Shown here piece after piece: positions 59,876 through 64,000 of a stretch of DNA of 64,000 nucleotides. The stretch's first letter is position 1. The number at the start of each line of letters is the position of its first letter. The position numbers and the translations under genes are program-made. Under the pieces are notes generated by a model. It was not told the DNA's origin. It searched no databases and was given only the letters and a program-made list of their open reading frames with translations. Source of the stretch: Bacteroidales bacterium (lineage in GTDB: Bacteria; Bacteroidota; Bacteroidia; Bacteroidales; UBA3824); the NCBI GenBank assembly GCA_024401025.1, contig JAKSLV010000003.1, forward strand, positions 1,897 to 65,896, written 5' to 3'.

Positions 59876-61204
59876 TTAGTCCAAAAGTTTTCCGGCGATG
59901 TCGGCCATTCGGCTGCGCTCGCCGTGCACAAGGTTGATGTGCGTAAAGAAATCCTGCCCCTTCATCTTGTTGGCCAGATACGACAGGCCGTTGCTCCTCA
60001 TATCCAGGAAAGGGCTGTCGATCTGCTCCACATCGCCGGTGAACACCATTTTTGTGTTCTCGCCGGCACGTGTTATGATGGTCTTAACCTCGTGCGGAGT
60101 AAGGTTCTGAGCCTCGTCAACAATAAAAAAGGCGTTGTTGAGGCTTCGTCCGCGGATGTATGCCAGCGGCGACACCAGCAGTCGCTCGTCCCTTACCATG
60201 GCGTCGATGTTCTGCGATGCCTTGCTGTTGATTCCTATGGTCTGCTTTATTACATTAAGGTTGTCGAACAGAGGCTGCATGTATGGGTTTATCTTCTGTT
60301 TCTCGTTGCCGGGCAGATATCCGAGGTCCTTGTTGCCGAGTGGCACTATGGGTCGGCTCAGGAATATCTGCATGAACATTCTGTACTGTTCTATAGCTGA
60401 AGCCAGGGCCAGCAGCGTTTTTCCCGTACCTGCCTTTCCTGTAATTGTAATCAGCTGAATCTCAGGCCGCATCAGGGCATCTAGAACAAAACTCTGCTCG
60501 GCGTTTCGGGGCGTGATTCCTGATGCTCGCTGCTTGGTAACCTTGCGGATGGCATCGTCCTGCTTGCAGTAGCAGCACAGGGCGTTGGTATGCTCGTCGC
60601 CCACCATGAAATACTCGTTGGGGGCAAACTGGGCGTCGATGCCGCTCTCCGATGCCGGCACCGAGCTCTCGCGGTATAGTCTGGATACAAAGTCGTCGTT
60701 GGTGTTTGGTATCAGCCTGATGCCCTGGAAAAGCTTCTCGGCGTTCTCCACCTTGCCGGTCTTGTAGTCCTGACTCTCCATGGAGAGTGTGCGCGATTTC
60801 ATCCTCAGGTTTATGTCCTGCGATACCAGCACCACGTGTTTCTCGGGATGGTTCTCCTTTATCCATATAGCCACGGCCAGAATCTTGTGGTCGGGAATGG
60901 GCTCGCTGAATGATAGCTTCATGGCCTCGCTGAAAGGCTTGCCGCCCACCACGTAGAGATTGCCGCGCCCGTCGCCGAGAGGCACTCCGTCTTCCAGACG
61001 TGGGCAGTTCTCCGTAAGGCGGTCGAGGATTCTCATAAACTCGCGGGCCTGTATGTTGATGGTGTCGTTGCCCTTCTTGAACTTGTCGAGCTCCTCCAGC
61101 ACCACGATGGGTATCACCACATCGTTTTCCTCGAAATTATATATGCTCCTGAAATCGTGGAGGATAACATTGGTATCCAGCACAAAGGTCTTCTTATTCT
61201 CCAT
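59876..61204 (-). CDS. PIN-PhoH fusion (PhoH2/YlaK-like)
   Basis: FVLDTNV...VLEELD PIN domain; GKAGTGKT, IRGRSL, DEAQN PhoH motifs. Confidence 0.92.
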   Translation of the reverse strand: MENKKTFVLDTNVILHDFRSIYNFEENDVVIPIVVLEELDKFKKGNDTINIQAREFMRILDRLTENCPRLEDGVPLGDGRGNLYVVGGKPFSEAMKLSFSEPIPDHKILAVAIWIKENHPEKHVVLVSQDINLRMKSRTLSMESQDYKTGKVENAEKLFQGIRLIPNTNDDFVSRLYRESSVPASESGIDAQFAPNEYFMVGDEHTNALCCYCKQDDAIRKVTKQRASGITPRNAEQSFVLDALMRPEIQLITITGKAGTGKTLLALASAIEQYRMFMQIFLSRPIVPLGNKDLGYLPGNEKQKINPYMQPLFDNLNVIKQTIGINSKASQNIDAMVRDERLLVSPLAYIRGRSLNNAFFIVDEAQNLTPHEVKTIITRAGENTKMVFTGDVEQIDSPFLDMRSNGLSYLANKMKGQDFFTHINLVHGERSRMADIAGKLLD

Positions 61205-61406
61205 AATGCTAAAAATTTTAAATTGTTGTTATATCTTGCAGAAATTCTGTAACAAAGCAAGCCCCATGCAAGAAGCGCAGGCTTGCGTTTTATAAAGTCC
61301 AAATGTAGCAAAAATCTGTGACGAAAAAAAATATTGGGCAAAAAATTTCGCAATCTCGTTTTTATTATTTAAAATTGTGAGCTGACAACCAAACACCTTA
61401 CACACG

Positions 61407-62072
61407 ATGATACAATCGCACGATCCCGAAACCGAGCTTCTGCTACGCATCAAGCAGGGCGAGGGCCTGCATCAGGATTTCAAATACGCCATCACCGACA
61501 GCAAGAAGATAGCCAAATCGCTGTCGGCCTTTGCCAACACCGACGGAGGCAGCCTGCTGATAGGCGTAAAGGACAACGGCCGCATAGCCGGAGCCAATCC
61601 CGACGAGGAATACTATATGATAGAGAGCGCCGCCAAGCTCTACAGCCAGCCCAAGGTGGATTTCGAGGCCTGCCTGTGGGAGGTGGACGGCAAGCAGGTA
61701 TTGGAGATAATAATCCCCAAGGGCCCCACTCCGCCCTACAAGGCCAAGGACGCCAGCGGCAAATATCTGGCATACGTGCGAGTGGCCGACGAGAACATCC
61801 TGGCCGACAGGGTGATAGTGAAGGCCATGGAGAATATGCGCCAGGGCATCAACACCAGCATCAGCTACACCCGCAAGCAGGAATTCGTGATGCAATACAT
61901 AGAGGAAAACGGGCTGATAAGCGTGGAACTGGTGCAGAAATACCTCCAACTGGGCAAAACGGATTCCGAAAACGTGCTGATAGACCTCATGAGCGCGGGA
62001 ATAATAGAGCCCGACTTCAGCAACAAAAACTGCATACAATACAGGGCCGTAGACAGCTCGGTGGCGGACTGA
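61407..62072 (+). CDS. AlbA_2 (Schlafen-like) domain protein with C-terminal winged helix
   Basis: GEGLHQDFK, LSAFANTDGGSLLIGVKDNG, AYVRVADE. Confidence 0.85.
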   Translation: MIQSHDPETELLLRIKQGEGLHQDFKYAITDSKKIAKSLSAFANTDGGSLLIGVKDNGRIAGANPDEEYYMIESAAKLYSQPKVDFEACLWEVDGKQVLEIIIPKGPTPPYKAKDASGKYLAYVRVADENILADRVIVKAMENMRQGINTSISYTRKQEFVMQYIEENGLISVELVQKYLQLGKTDSENVLIDLMSAGIIEPDFSNKNCIQYRAVDSSVAD

Positions 62073-62173
62073 CGAAAAATTATAAAAAAAATATTAAAAA
62101 AAATGCAAAAAAATTTGGATAATTCAAAAAACTTTTTCCAAATTTGTGTTATAAAGCAAAACTAAGAAAGCTA

Positions 62174-64000
62174 ATGGCAAAAAAGACAATAAACCTCACA
62201 GATTACTTGCACAAGTTTTTCGGATTCGACCGATTCAAGGGCGAGCAGGAAGCCGTTATCAAAAACGTGCTGGCCGGCCGCGACACATTCGTGCTGATGC
62301 CCACGGGAGGCGGAAAATCGCTGTGCTACCAACTGCCGTCGCTATTGCTGGACGGTACAGCCATTGTTATATCACCGCTGATAGCCCTGATGAAAAACCA
62401 GGTGGACGCCATGCGCAATATCAGCACCAACGAGAATATCGCCCATTTCCTGAACAGCTCGCTTAGCAAGCAGCAGATTGCCCAGGTGAAGGAAGATATC
62501 AGCAGCGGCAAAACAAAACTGCTTTATGTGGCCCCCGAGAGCCTTACCAAGGAGGAGAACATAGAGTTCCTGAAACAGACCAAGATATCGTTTTTCGCGA
62601 TAGACGAGGCTCACTGCATCTCGGAGTGGGGTCATGACTTCCGCCCCGAATACCGACGCATACGCCCTATTATAGAGGAGATAGGACGCAGCCCTATAAT
62701 TGCACTTACGGCCACAGCCACGCCCAAGGTGCAGCACGACATCCAGAAAAACCTCGGCATAATAGAGGCTGACGTGTTCAAGTCGTCGTTCTTCAGGGCC
62801 AACCTCTATTATGAGGTGCGTCCAAAGGTGGACATCGACAAGCAGATAATAAAGTTCATCAAGCAGAACAAGAGGAAATCCGGCATCATCTACTGCCTTT
62901 CTAGAAAGAAGGTGGAGGAGCTGGCCAAAACCCTTGAGGTAAACGAGATAAAGGCCCTGCCCTACCACGCCGGCATGGACAGCGCCACACGCAGCGCAAA
63001 TCAGGACAAGTTCCTGATGGAGGAGGTGGATGTGATAGTGGCCACCATAGCTTTCGGCATGGGCATCGACAAGCCGGATGTGCGTTTTGTAATCCACTAC
63101 GACATGCCAAAATCGCTTGAGGGATATTACCAGGAAACCGGACGCGCGGGCCGCGACGGCGGAGAGGGTCAGTGCATAGCTTTCTACAGCATGAACGACA
63201 TCATGAAGCTGGAGAAGTTCATGCAGGGCAAGCCCGTTAGCGAGCAGGAAATCGGCAAGCAGCTCCTAAGCGAAACCGTGGCATACGCCGAAACATCGAT
63301 GTGCCGCAGCAAGATGCTGCTCAACTACTTTGGCGAAACACTGGAGGAGCCTTGCGGCAACTGCGACAACTGCCGCCATCCTCAGAAGAAATTCCCGGCC
63401 AAAAACGCTATCATAAAGGCGCTTAAGGTAATTCTGGAGATTCAGGAGAAATTCAAGACCGAGCACGTGGCCAGAGTTTTGGCCGGCGTATCAGACTCTC
63501 AGATAAAGACATACAAGCACCAGCACCTCGACTGTTTTGGAGTTGGCGAGGACGATGGCGACGAGGATTTCTGGAACGCGGTATTGCGTCAGGCCCTCGT
63601 ACACGGTTTCCTGATGAAGGATATAGAAAACTACGGCCTGCTGAAGCTTACCCCAGAGGGACACAGCTACCTGAAGAAGCCATTCGACATAGAGTTTGTG
63701 AAAAACCATGACTACGAGGACGGCGAGGAGGAAGACGAGCAGTCGGCGCCTCACTCTGTGGGCGGCGGAGCATCTGACCCCGAGCTCTTCAAGCTGCTAA
63801 AGGACCTCAGGAAGAAGGTCTCGAAGCAGAAAAACGTGCCACCTTTCGTGATTTTCCAGGATCCATCGCTGGAAGACATGGCCGTGCAGTATCCTATCAC
63901 CCTGGAGGAGCTTACCCAGATAGTGGGCGTGGGACACGGCAAGGCTCAGAAATTCGGCAAGGAGTTCGTTGACCTCATCAAGAAATACGTTCAGGAAAAG
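62174..64000 (+). CDS. recQ: DNA helicase RecQ (truncated by window edge)
   Basis: Not in the ORF track. Manual translation MAKKTINLTDYLHKFFGFDRFKGEQ...MPTGGGKSLCYQLP, IDEAHCISEWGHDFRP, ATIAFGMGIDKPDVR, QETGRAGRDG. Confidence 0.96.
   Translation, partial: MAKKTINLTDYLHKFFGFDRFKGEQEAVIKNVLAGRDTFVLMPTGGGKSLCYQLPSLLLDGTAIVISPLIALMKNQVDAMRNISTNENIAHFLNSSLSKQQIAQVKEDISSGKTKLLYVAPESLTKEENIEFLKQTKISFFAIDEAHCISEWGHDFRPEYRRIRPIIEEIGRSPIIALTATATPKVQHDIQKNLGIIEADVFKSSFFRANLYYEVRPKVDIDKQIIKFIKQNKRKSGIIYCLSRKKVEELAKTLEVNEIKALPYHAGMDSATRSANQDKFLMEEVDVIVATIAFGMGIDKPDVRFVIHYDMPKSLEGYYQETGRAGRDGGEGQCIAFYSMNDIMKLEKFMQGKPVSEQEIGKQLLSETVAYAETSMCRSKMLLNYFGETLEEPCGNCDNCRHPQKKFPAKNAIIKALKVILEIQEKFKTEHVARVLAGVSDSQIKTYKHQHLDCFGVGEDDGDEDFWNAVLRQALVHGFLMKDIENYGLLKLTPEGHSYLKKPFDIEFVKNHDYEDGEEEDEQSAPHSVGGGASDPELFKLLKDLRKKVSKQKNVPPFVIFQDPSLEDMAVQYPITLEELTQIVGVGHGKAQKFGKEFVDLIKKYVQEK

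Noticed and set aside
59876-62072. Anti-phage defence island (PIN and Schlafen-like domains)
   Set aside because: Housekeeping context, no mobility genes or compositional shift; both gene types are widespread in the phylum
1-64000. tRNA, rRNA, prophage or integrase genes
   Set aside because: No cloverleaf or T-loop signature, rRNA motif, or phage/integrase motif recognised; a cmscan run would be needed to exclude other ncRNAs

Overview
64 kb of chromosome from a Bacteroidota/Bacteroidia bacterium (SusC/SusD, hybrid two-component system, T9SS CTD, TAnnTTTG promoters, Rho with a large insertion). Left to right: the start of a chemotaxis cluster (STAS-cheY-cheA, cut off by the window edge); M23 peptidase, MerR regulator, SiaB-like kinase, der, pfp; an arabinan-type PUL (two GH43, SusC/SusD, HTCS, Ig-like lipoprotein) with a HUH/Y1 (RAYT-like) transposase gene inside it; housekeeping genes (rlmN, pssA-like, nth, plsC, 7TM-HD, pyrBI, AraR/NrtR-like, rhomboid, gmhB, kdsB, rho); a six-gene operon joining two PspA-like coiled-coil proteins to an ABC importer with duplicated binding proteins, one fused to OmpA; then an ankyrin/beta-barrel protein, nitrilase, PIF1-like helicase, PIN-PhoH, AlbA_2 and recQ (cut off). 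The most notable non-standard signals are: (1) the PspA-like/ABC/OmpA operon; (2) a dispersed ~100-140 bp palindromic element (5 near-full copies and one half copy), always in the same orientation relative to the gene it follows; (3) at least 32 hand-counted copies of the octamer GCATCAGG; (4) the RAYT fused to a DprA/SLOG-like domain; (5) a GGTGGA/TCCACC motif at 21-22 bp spacing at four PUL promoters; (6) 7-9 bp tandem and inverted arrays at gene junctions. No rRNA, tRNA or CRISPR array was seen. All calls come from reading motifs by eye; no searches were run.
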